Positions 18,292-25,828 of a stretch of DNA of 34,631 nucleotides are shown here, one piece after another. The translations under genes were made by a program, and so were the position numbers. Under the pieces are notes generated by a model. The model was not told the DNA's origin and did no database searches. It saw only the letters and a program-made list of their open reading frames with translations. The stretch is from a virus. Lineage: Duplodnaviria > Caudoviricetes. The number at the start of each line of letters is the position of its first letter. Within the stretch, counting starts at the first letter, position 1. The stretch spans positions 1-34,631 of the IMG/VR virus record IMGVR_UViG_3300010011_000010, one strand, 5' to 3'.

Positions 18292-18612
18292 TCACGTATG
18301 TTTAATAGGGGGGATACCCCTGCAGGGTATCAAGTCCCCATCCTCGTTAAACATCACATCATCCCTTGTCGCACTATGCTTGCTTTGGTGCTCCCGCGTA
18401 TGGCACTCATGGCATAGCAGCTCTAGGTTGTCCCAGCTCAGCGCGATTGCCGGATCGTTGATATTGTTTGGAGTCAGGTAGACCTTGTGGTGCACCTCAT
18501 CCCCTGGCTTGCCGCACCGTTCGCACAGACCAAAAACTGATCTCTTATAAGCCTCCCTACATTTCTCCCACTGCTTACTGTTATAAAATTTAATTGCAAA
18601 GTCTTTTGCCAT
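18292..18612 (-). CDS. HNH endonuclease (cos-packaging associated)
   Basis: FYNSKQW...CERC...EVHH...NLELLCHECH...H upstream of terS. Confidence 0.9.
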   Translation of the reverse strand: MAKDFAIKFYNSKQWEKCREAYKRSVFGLCERCGKPGDEVHHKVYLTPNNINDPAIALSWDNLELLCHECHTREHQSKHSATRDDVMFNEDGDLIPCRGIPPIKHT

Positions 18613-18741
18613 CCCGTCCCCCACCCCCACCGCATAAATCGGGATGTAGCGGCCCCACTTGTCCTAAAAAAAGCCCCGCTACTGCGAGGCTCAAATCTCA
18701 AATAAAAATAAACCGCGCGCTGGGCACACGGCTATGTATTT

Positions 18742-18770
18742 ATACTATACCCTGTCAAGGGGTTTGTCAA
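18742..18770 (-). promoter_or_regulatory. putative late-operon promoter
   Basis: TTGACA-17 bp-TAGTAT on the minus strand, with a second TTGACA inside the spacer. Confidence 0.5.
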
Positions 18771-18838
18771 CCAAAAACTTTATTCGCCGATGGCTCTAAG
18801 GCTCGTGGTGTTTGTCGAAAACTTTTTTAGATTTATTG

Positions 18839-18867
18839 TTGACACTATGACGCCATGGTGCTATACT
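18839..18867 (+). promoter_or_regulatory. consensus sigmaA promoter of moron 3, with an inverted repeat in the spacer
   Basis: TTGACA-17 bp-TATACT. CACTATG-acgc-CATGGTG at 18843-18860. Confidence 0.8.
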
Positions 18868-18910
18868 GTAATTAAGCAAGGGGCAGCACCCCACGAAAGG
18901 AGACTGCGAA

Positions 18911-19219
18911 ATGAAAATGAAAGGTACGGAAAAGCAAATTGCCTGGGCAAGCGACATTAAGGAAGCCTGGAAATTGAGCCTTGAAGATGCTCACCGTTTC
19001 AGAGAAAAAGTCGGAGCGAAAGCTCCAATGCCGGAAGAAATTCGGGAATACATCGATGAACTGATGAATGAAACAGACGCAGCGAAGGTCATTGAAAAAT
19101 ATGGCCGAACCGGAACCAAAAAGAACAAAAAATACGACTGGGGATTGATTTGCAACACCCTGCCAGATGAGTTATCCGATCTGTACTTTGATTGGGTGAA
19201 CGGATTGCTGGAAGAATAG
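18911..19219 (+). CDS. hypothetical protein with a GTEKQIAWA motif
   Basis: AAAGGAG RBS. The N-terminal (G)[ST]EKQIAWA motif is typical of Firmicute mobile-element proteins. Confidence 0.8.
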   Translation: MKMKGTEKQIAWASDIKEAWKLSLEDAHRFREKVGAKAPMPEEIREYIDELMNETDAAKVIEKYGRTGTKKNKKYDWGLICNTLPDELSDLYFDWVNGLLEE

Positions 19220-19323
19220 GAGGCTTAAAGCCCTGCGCCCCGTTCAATCGGGGAGTGCGAAGGGGCACTGTGGAGGGGGTTTGTGACCCGCTTAAGGGAA
19301 TTAATTAAAAGGAGGACGACAAC

Positions 19324-19863
19324 ATACAAAAACATTGGAATGAAACTTTCGACCTAAACGAGCATGGTGATTTCTTCGCTCACGCCGTGGAGTGCGAAGA
19401 AGGCGATCAGTATGTGCGTTACCACGGCACATACAGAAACGGCGAAGGCCAGGAATTTCCAGACGCTACTCTGGAAGTATTATTGAGTGAGCCTGTGCAA
19501 CTGGATGCTGACGGGGATATTGTTATCCCATCGGCTTGGGAAAACTTTTGGGTATTGGGACACGAATTAGAATATGATTGTTATGACTTCGATATTGAAG
19601 ATGCATTTGGGGTTTCGTATGTCTTTGTTTCCCCAGATTGGGAGAGATTTTTGTATTCGTTCACTGATGACTACGCAAAGTACCCACCTAGAATTGCTCC
19701 CCACCCCTCTCTGGAAAGGGCGGGACTATATTACTTCTTTGAAAAAGACGTAGCAGTATTAGTAACTCCTGCGGGGATTTACTCATATAGAGCAGCTTCA
19801 ATGACTTTGCGAGGGCCTGCATATCGGCCCATAGCAAAGTACTTCGAGATATGGGGAGAATAG
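19324..19863 (+). CDS. acidic hypothetical protein; RBS points to an ATA start
   Basis: AAAGGAGG lies 8 nt before ATA 19324, which is in frame with the GTG 19387 ORF. The protein is D/E- and aromatic-rich. Confidence 0.7.
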   Translation: MQKHWNETFDLNEHGDFFAHAVECEEGDQYVRYHGTYRNGEGQEFPDATLEVLLSEPVQLDADGDIVIPSAWENFWVLGHELEYDCYDFDIEDAFGVSYVFVSPDWERFLYSFTDDYAKYPPRIAPHPSLERAGLYYFFEKDVAVLVTPAGIYSYRAASMTLRGPAYRPIAKYFEIWGE

Positions 19864-19955
19864 GATTACCCAAGGATAATCAGGTACTAGAATCCGCCCG
19901 CAGCCCCCATTTGTTGGAGGTTGCGAGGGAGGTTTCAGAAAAAGGAGGTTTGACC

Positions 19956-20111
19956 ATGCCAGAGAATAAAAAGCGATCCACAGTCTACCTTCCCGAACCG
20001 CTCTATGAGCGGCTAAGGCGAGAGTCCTACGAAACCAAGGAGTCCCAGGCCGTGATAGTCGAGAAAGCTTTGCGAGAATATTTTCAAAGAAAAGATAAGC
20101 CGGGCGAATAA
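19956..20111 (+). CDS. Arc/CopG-like ribbon-helix-helix regulator
   Basis: AAAGGAGG RBS. Translation: MPENKKRSTVYLPEPLYERLRRESYETKESQAVIVEKALREYF. Confidence 0.8.
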   Translation: MPENKKRSTVYLPEPLYERLRRESYETKESQAVIVEKALREYFQRKDKPGE

Positions 20112-20121
20112 CCCGGCTTTC
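20097..20121. terminator. bidirectional terminator
   Basis: AAGCCGGG-cgaataa-CCCGGCTT between convergent genes. Confidence 0.7.
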
Positions 20122-20397
20122 TCACTCCATATACAAACTCGAAAACTGTCCCCGTTTCGGTTTCTTCTTTCGCTTCCTTCCCTTACTCCTGCTGCCTTTC
20201 TTGACCGTGCTTCCCTGACAGGCTACAGCTTTCGGCGGCGGCTCCCGTTCTTCCTTTGGCCACTCACATCCGTGACCAGCTGGGCAGCAGAATCCTTCCC
20301 CCGGTGTAAATATCATTGACCTTCCACACTTTTCGCATAGTCTCATCTTTGGTTTTATCCCTACGGCCTCTAGGTTCGCATCGGAGAAAAAGGCCAC
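20122..20397 (-). CDS. zinc-ribbon protein with a basic C-terminal tail
   Basis: CEKC...CCPAGHGC, followed by KKGSRSKGRKRKKKPKR. Confidence 0.7.
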   Translation of the reverse strand: MAFFSDANLEAVGIKPKMRLCEKCGRSMIFTPGEGFCCPAGHGCEWPKEEREPPPKAVACQGSTVKKGSRSKGRKRKKKPKRGQFSSLYME

Positions 20398-20413
20398 CAG
20401 CTATCCCTCCTCC

Positions 20414-20890
20414 CTAACTCTCATCCATTCTCCACATCCCGGGATTTCCCGGTATCGGCTTCCCGGAAAAAAACTTCCAGCCCTGCTGCTGCGGATAGTC
20501 AAGTTTGTTTAAGCTGATCAGCTTGTCCAGATCATACTTTTGCAAAATAATATATTTCGAACCCCAGTTAATACAGTATTCGGTGATTCCTTGCTCTTCT
20601 AGCCAGGCAGCTGGATCCGTCAGCGGTGGCATCATATACCCCTTCCTGATCAACTTCTCAGTGTGTTCCTGGATCAGCTTGTCGATGCAGATGTCATACT
20701 CCGCAGCCACAATATGTATCAACGTGCTATATGTCTGCATTGCGTCCAGGCTCTCTCGTATTACCTGGATCGGGTTGTTTTCGGCTACAGCCTGGGCGAC
20801 TTCGCCCATCTCTTCAGCCACTTTACGCAGCTGCTGCGCCGGAGTCCAGCGCTGAGACTTCCAATCTATTTCAGGTAATGTAATGTTCAT
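20414..20890 (-). CDS. MazG-like all-alpha NTP pyrophosphohydrolase with a C-terminal extension
   Basis: KVAEEMGEVAQA...RESLDAMQ (EExxE...ExxD). Confidence 0.65.
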   Translation of the reverse strand: MNITLPEIDWKSQRWTPAQQLRKVAEEMGEVAQAVAENNPIQVIRESLDAMQTYSTLIHIVAAEYDICIDKLIQEHTEKLIRKGYMMPPLTDPAAWLEEQGITEYCINWGSKYIILQKYDLDKLISLNKLDYPQQQGWKFFSGKPIPGNPGMWRMDES

Positions 20891-21081
20891 TGGTTATCTC
20901 CTCTCTGTATTGATTTCGGACACCACTTGGGCTTGGTTTCATACTCTTTCCCTGTCATAGGCCGGGCGTAACCCAAGGGCATCAAAGCCGTATAAATCAT
21001 TCTGTCAGGGTGGGAACAAGCATAACGTATGTTATAGTTTTTTCGGTACTGTTCTATGTGTTCACACAAACAACAGGACAT
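20887..21081 (-). CDS. small Cys-rich hypothetical protein
   Basis: CxxC...CSHP...KPKWCP with a GGAAGG RBS. Confidence 0.65.
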   Translation of the reverse strand: MSCCLCEHIEQYRKNYNIRYACSHPDRMIYTALMPLGYARPMTGKEYETKPKWCPKSIQRGDNQ

Positions 21082-21119
21082 TTCAAAATTCCTTCCTTCA
21101 TGGTTTCCTTAGTTTATTC

Positions 21120-21149
21120 TAAGCTCATAATTTCCTTGGAATGTGTATT
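21120..21149 (-). repeat. intergenic repeat / cer-dif-like site
   Basis: AATACACATTC-CAAGGAAA-TTATGAGCTTA. The core is 17/18 identical to 21556-21573. Confidence 0.6.
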
Positions 21150-21156
21150 AATTAAA

Positions 21157-21507
21157 CTATATTGGATCGATATAGACGATGATTGCCTCTACCCATTCAT
21201 AGCCATTAATCACACTTTCGGCTTTCTTTTGCAATTCTTCGTCCGTAAAGTTCGGATAGTCCTCATAATTGTCATCTATCCACTCGTCAACCAAAGTTTC
21301 AAAATCCTCATTGTATAAATACACCCTTTCATCGTCCAACCAATATTTGTCTACCTTCGCCCTGCCCCATTTAGCCATCCAATATGAGAAGCTGTCATCG
21401 CACACTACCTCTGTTGCCACCATCGGTAATATTGGGAGTTCGGGGTTATCTTTTATTAACTGTAATAAGGTGTTGATGTTTTCTTTATCTTTATTAATCT
21501 GTTTCAT
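21157..21507 (-). CDS. acidic hypothetical protein (AT-rich)
   Basis: LIKDNPELPILPMV..EVV..D...W...WG...W.EAIIVYID with an AAGGAGG RBS. Confidence 0.8.
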   Translation of the reverse strand: MKQINKDKENINTLLQLIKDNPELPILPMVATEVVCDDSFSYWMAKWGRAKVDKYWLDDERVYLYNEDFETLVDEWIDDNYEDYPNFTDEELQKKAESVINGYEWVEAIIVYIDPI

Positions 21508-21545
21508 GGTTTCGCCTCCTTCGTACTTATAACACTCCCCGCCTT

Positions 21546-21575
21546 AGCTGGCAGGATTTCATTGGAATGTGTACC
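21546..21575 (-). repeat. intergenic repeat / cer-dif-like site
   Basis: GGTACACATTC-CAATGAAA-TCCTGCCAGCT, starting at the last base of the upstream TAG. Confidence 0.6.
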
Positions 21576-21862
21576 TAAACCAATGTCCCGCGCCTCTGAG
21601 CATACTCCATATATTGGAGTATCTTAGCCTTCTTCTCATTTTTGGCATGGATAGCACTGGCTATATCAATTACTCCATTTTCCTCCAGCAGTTCCATAAC
21701 AGCTATGATATCAACGCATTCTTTGGCTATATCTTGAGCATTAGTCGTTGTTTTTTCGGGATGGCCATCGTCCAGCCCAAATCTTAATGCTTTGCATGCT
21801 GCCTGCTGTATTTCGGCAGCTTCCTCGCCCAAACACGTTAATAAGTGTTCAGTTTTATCCAT
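21575..21862 (-). CDS. MazG-like NTP pyrophosphohydrolase
   Basis: LGEEAAEIQQAACKALRFG...KECVDIIAV. Confidence 0.7.
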   Translation of the reverse strand: MDKTEHLLTCLGEEAAEIQQAACKALRFGLDDGHPEKTTTNAQDIAKECVDIIAVMELLEENGVIDIASAIHAKNEKKAKILQYMEYAQRRGTLV

Positions 21863-21906
21863 TATTTTTCCTCACTTTCTGCTACACAGTAATAACAGAC
21901 TACACC

Positions 21907-22767
21907 CTACTCTCCGGTACCCAATAGCCCATAACCGGCTATGTCCTGCCACGGATCCTCGCTTCCTTGCTTGCCGTTGGCCACCCGAAATAGCTTATCC
22001 ACAACCCGGATAACTCCCAACATATCCCGGTATTGCTCAGGTCTAACACCGTCTGGATATAAAACCTTTAAGATGCTATCGCCCCGGTTAAAGGCATCGC
22101 CGTACTGCTTGTTCTTCTGATCTACCAATGCACCTATGGACTCACCCAGGGCTTCGTATTTACCTACTACTCGGTACGGAATAGGCTCCTCGTCCTCTGG
22201 CCCAAATCCCTGTTCCCTTTCCTGTTTGGCTAAATCCTCATAGGTCTCCTTGACCTCGTTTTCCAGCTGACTTACACTTGGTTCAGCAGGCTCCTGGCTG
22301 CCCTGAATGCCCTGAATCGGCTCCTGGTTCGCGGCCGCCGCCGGTTCGGGGCTCGGAATCTGCTCCATAGCTTTAGCACGGTTATAGACAGTGGTGCGAT
22401 GTAGGCCGGTTTCCTGGGCGACGATCCCGCTGGCCTTGTACAACGATATTCCTCGTTCTGCCGCTACCTCTTGGGCTCTTGCCACGATGGCCTCAAAATC
22501 AATGTCTTTTTTAGGCATTTCTTTAACCTCCTCCTTTTTCTTCTGGAATCCCTTCTCCCGGAACTGCTGCGGGTCATCCCAGCCTTCCGGGTAAGCCTCC
22601 ATGGTGCCGATTAGCACCTTGTTTCCATCCTCATCTATCCGGTACCGATAAACCGTATTATCAACGAACCCCTCCGGCGGCTCGGGTGCCGGTACCGGCG
22701 AGTGCTTTTTCGGATTGTCTGCTCCGGGCTCCAGGCAGACTACGTGAAAACCTTTTGGGGCCATCAT
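21907..22767 (-). CDS. multi-domain protein: unknown N-domain, HTH-like segment, C-terminal DUF1599-like (all-alpha nucleotide-associated) domain
   Basis: GGAGGTG RBS before MMAPKG. ASGIVAQETGLHRTTVYNR is HTH-like. KNKQYGDAF...DKLFRVANG...EDPWQDIAGY is the C-domain. Confidence 0.7.
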   Translation of the reverse strand: MMAPKGFHVVCLEPGADNPKKHSPVPAPEPPEGFVDNTVYRYRIDEDGNKVLIGTMEAYPEGWDDPQQFREKGFQKKKEEVKEMPKKDIDFEAIVARAQEVAAERGISLYKASGIVAQETGLHRTTVYNRAKAMEQIPSPEPAAAANQEPIQGIQGSQEPAEPSVSQLENEVKETYEDLAKQEREQGFGPEDEEPIPYRVVGKYEALGESIGALVDQKNKQYGDAFNRGDSILKVLYPDGVRPEQYRDMLGVIRVVDKLFRVANGKQGSEDPWQDIAGYGLLGTGE

Positions 22768-23162
22768 GTCACCTCCTCGATGCAGATATAAATCCCGGGT
22801 ATCTTGGCCCAAAATTTCTCAATGATTTCACTGGCCACTATTGCGTCATTGGGCCAGTAACCTAACTCCTCCATCACATCAAACAGCATCTTATTCAAGT
22901 TGTGAGTATCGGGCTTAGTGGTCTTGTATTCGCCATCATAGTGCCCCTCTGTGAGCGGGAAACACCACTTTACGATTGCTCTTACTGCTGTGGTATATGG
23001 TTTCTCTGGCACATGCCTGGCCAGATGCGCCTGTAATTTTGACCGGGCAGCTTTTAATTCTTCCGGATCGTAAAAAACAGGCTTACCACTCCGTCATGTC
23101 ACTTGATGTTCCTGTGCTGTAATAGTCGGCGGTATCATCGGCATAAAAAATTCAGTTTTCAT
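22764..23162 (-). pseudogene. rusA: RusA-family Holliday junction resolvase with an in-frame TGA at codon 23
   Basis: MKTEFFMPMIPPTITAQEHQVT*RSGKPVFYDPEELKAAR...TKPDTHNLNKML.DVM...W.NDA.V..E..EKFW. The TGA is at 23094-23096. Confidence 0.75.
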
Positions 23163-23322
23163 GACATGCCTCCATAACCTCAACAGTGAGGCCATTTTCC
23201 ACTAAACAATCTACCGATTGAGCCAGTGAATTAACGGCACACTCTTTTACACCAGTTATCCACCAGGCACATCTTGATTCTTTACAAAAATCCTTTATTA
23301 TTGGGCACCATCTATTATCCAT
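23152..23322 (-). CDS. 56-aa Cys-rich hypothetical protein (not in ORF track)
   Basis: AAAGGAG RBS. Translation: MDNRWCPIIKDFCKESRCAWWITGVKECAVNSLA... Confidence 0.65.
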   Translation of the reverse strand: MDNRWCPIIKDFCKESRCAWWITGVKECAVNSLAQSVDCLVENGLTVEVMEACHEN

Positions 23323-23355
23323 TTATTTACATCTCCTTTCCGTTTCGCCCCTAAG

Positions 23356-23610
23356 TCACGGTATGGATAGGGGAGGGAGTCGTCGTGCGTGAGCTTACGC
23401 ACGACTACCTACCCCCATCCGTGACGCACGTCAGTGCGGCGGAAAAATATATATAATATATGTGTTTTTCGCCGCCGCGGAAAAAAACATAATTTATGTT
23501 TTCTGCCGCCAGATTTTACACTGCGGAGAAAAACGTTTTTTCTGTTTTCTGCCGCCAAATTATTATTGTGGTAAATTTTGCGGCGGCGGAGAATTTCTGT
23601 TTTCTGCACT
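23356..23610. other. putative replication origin (large hairpin plus iterons)
   Basis: Inverted repeat GTCACGG...GTCGTGCGT/ACGCACGAC...CCGTGAC. Repeated TTTTCTGCCGCC and GCGGCGG motifs occur in both orientations with AT-rich spacers, directly downstream of the primase-helicase gene. Confidence 0.6.
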
Positions 23611-23611
23611 G

Positions 23612-25816
23612 TCATTTTCGTGTGACAATTCCATTATTAATGACGAACCCGCCATGCTCTCTTATCCTGTCTCTGACAGTTCTTTCCTTTATCCCCATGT
23701 AATTTGCTAAGTCTTGAACGGTTACTTGGTCTTCTGTCGTGCAAAAATTAAAAGCATTTTCCAGCGCTACATTCCGGTCTTTTTTCTTAGCTTCTTTTGG
23801 TTTCCGTTTTTCCATAGCCCGCTGCCAGGGTGGTTTATCCCCTTCAGCCTGCTGGTCCTGCAAAATACCATCTTTATCTACCTGGTGTGTAGGATAAGTA
23901 AACCACAGATCCACCGGCTTAAATTTCGGGAATTCACGTAGGGTGCCTTCAATTCTCCATGCTGTACGCTGCTGAACCCACTGGCGGGCTGCGTAAACGT
24001 CTTTGAGCATTTCCTGATACCTATCCTGACCCAGCAGCTTGTCACAGGCTGAGAGCATCTGTTTTTCGCTGCAGCGGTCGTCCTGACTCACTTCTTCAGT
24101 CCAATCCTTTACGTACTTTATCAGCCATGATTCACAGACTGCACAGACGGCCTTATTTTCTTCTTGTCTAAGCAGGTCGTCTGTCAGGTCTAATTCTATG
24201 AGGTCAAGTAACACGTCCGGATCCCGGGCAAACACGCCGGAACCACTGGCCCTATCCATGGAGCGCTTTTGTCCCTGGTAGCCCTTTGAGTGATGGTGAC
24301 AGTAGATTACGGCCGCTCCCAGGTCGTGGCAGATCAGGTCAAACTGGTTGCAGAAGTGAGCCATCTGGTCAGCTGAGTTTTCATCGCCGGTGATGACTTT
24401 ATAAATAGGGTCAATGATGATAGCTATGTAGTTCTTTTTAGCAGCCCTCCGGATTAATTTCGGTGCCAATTTATCCATGGGCACACTTTTACCCCGGAGG
24501 TTCCAAATGTCGATATTATCCAGATTCTTAGGCTGCCAGCCTAAAGACTGGTACACATCCCGGAATCTGTGCAGGCAGCTGGCCCGGTCCAGTTCCAGGT
24601 TGACATACATCACGCGGCCTTGAGCGCACTTCCATCCCAGCCATTCTTTGCCCTCAGCGATAGCGCAACAGAGTTCTATAAGTGCAAATGACTTGCCGGC
24701 TTTAGATGGCCCGGCCAGCAGCATTTTGTGGCCTTGTCTCAGTACTCCATCAATTAATGGAGGCGCTAGGTCAGGCAGGTTATCCCACACATTAGCCATA
24801 GATTCTGGCTCTGGCAGGTCGTCATTAACCGCCTCAATCCAATCCTTCCACTCCTGCCAGCTTTCTTTGCCAATATTAGTATCAACAAGGAATTGCTTGC
24901 GGCCATTACGCATTACCCCGGGCATCCTGGAAAGCCTGGAGGGATTCCGGTTCTGACTGTCTACTTTAAGGCCGTTTTTCTTGCAGACATCGTACAGGTA
25001 ATCAACTCGTTTCCGGTACTCCTCGTAGTTGCTGGCCTCGATTTTCACTATGGCGTGAAGCGATTTTCCCCCGCTGTGCACCAGGCAGGCCACTGGTAAT
25101 TCAAGCTCCCTAATGATGGCGTGCTGCTGGTCTATAGGCATGTCGTCGGATTCCACCAGTGCATAGCGGTAGTCGGTCACATTCTCGTTTTTGCAGCCTT
25201 TACCATCAAGAGGGTTAAACCGGATCCAGGCTCCTACTTCGGGCTTATAATCGCCCAGGACACTGCCAATATCACCATTACAGTTATTTAATTGCTGTAT
25301 AAGTTCCCCGGCCGTACGATCCCAGCAGCCTTTAGTAGGCAGATACTTCCCATCTTTTTCCCATGATTCAGTGACATAACCCACATTTTCAGATGCTTCA
25401 AATAGGGTAGATAGGTATTTAATCAGGTGGGCCACCGGATCCCATTGTTCAGGCTCTATAACTTCCTGCCCCTCCAGCCAGTGCTTGTCCACCACTACCA
25501 GGTCATCCTTGCCGCCGATCATAGCATCCCATTCTAATTCATATCCTGGCCCAGAGTCTCTGCGTTCCGGTACCCATCCCTGGTCTTTAGCCAGGGCTAC
25601 TAATGTGCCAGTTGTTACCGGATTGGGGGAGCCCTGAAAAGTCCCCCATTTCCGGAAACATTCTCCCGGGTGGTACCGGGCCGGATCACGTTTTGACCAG
25701 TTATCCCAGTCCGCAGCTGTGTAACCGGCATCCTTGAGAGCCATGCCCACGCTGAGCCATTCCTGATAATCCAAAAGGGAGGGGTCTATGTATTCAAGCA
25801 GTTCAAGTTCAGTCAT
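23612..25816 (-). CDS. primase-helicase (PriCT-2 + RepB-like primase + AAA_25)
   Basis: YQEWLSVGMALK...WDNWS, LVESD, HSGGKSLHA, NPSRLSRMPG, GPSKAGKS, IIIDP, HHHSKG motifs. Confidence 0.9.
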   Translation of the reverse strand: MTELELLEYIDPSLLDYQEWLSVGMALKDAGYTAADWDNWSKRDPARYHPGECFRKWGTFQGSPNPVTTGTLVALAKDQGWVPERRDSGPGYELEWDAMIGGKDDLVVVDKHWLEGQEVIEPEQWDPVAHLIKYLSTLFEASENVGYVTESWEKDGKYLPTKGCWDRTAGELIQQLNNCNGDIGSVLGDYKPEVGAWIRFNPLDGKGCKNENVTDYRYALVESDDMPIDQQHAIIRELELPVACLVHSGGKSLHAIVKIEASNYEEYRKRVDYLYDVCKKNGLKVDSQNRNPSRLSRMPGVMRNGRKQFLVDTNIGKESWQEWKDWIEAVNDDLPEPESMANVWDNLPDLAPPLIDGVLRQGHKMLLAGPSKAGKSFALIELCCAIAEGKEWLGWKCAQGRVMYVNLELDRASCLHRFRDVYQSLGWQPKNLDNIDIWNLRGKSVPMDKLAPKLIRRAAKKNYIAIIIDPIYKVITGDENSADQMAHFCNQFDLICHDLGAAVIYCHHHSKGYQGQKRSMDRASGSGVFARDPDVLLDLIELDLTDDLLRQEENKAVCAVCESWLIKYVKDWTEEVSQDDRCSEKQMLSACDKLLGQDRYQEMLKDVYAARQWVQQRTAWRIEGTLREFPKFKPVDLWFTYPTHQVDKDGILQDQQAEGDKPPWQRAMEKRKPKEAKKKDRNVALENAFNFCTTEDQVTVQDLANYMGIKERTVRDRIREHGGFVINNGIVTRK

Positions 25817-25828
25817 TAAGCGGCCCTC

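Noticed and set aside
18215-18320. cos site between HNH and terS (C/G runs)
   Set aside because: The location is plausible, but the cohesive end cannot be defined from sequence alone.
23094-23096. Genome-wide UGA reassignment (alternative genetic code)
   Set aside because: Many genes end at TGA at the expected positions (for example the fibre gene, terS and the HK97 gp10 gene), and only two genes show internal UGA.
23430-23610. Repeats considered as a CRISPR array
   Set aside because: The repeats are short, in mixed orientation and irregularly spaced, which fits iterons better. No cas genes are present.
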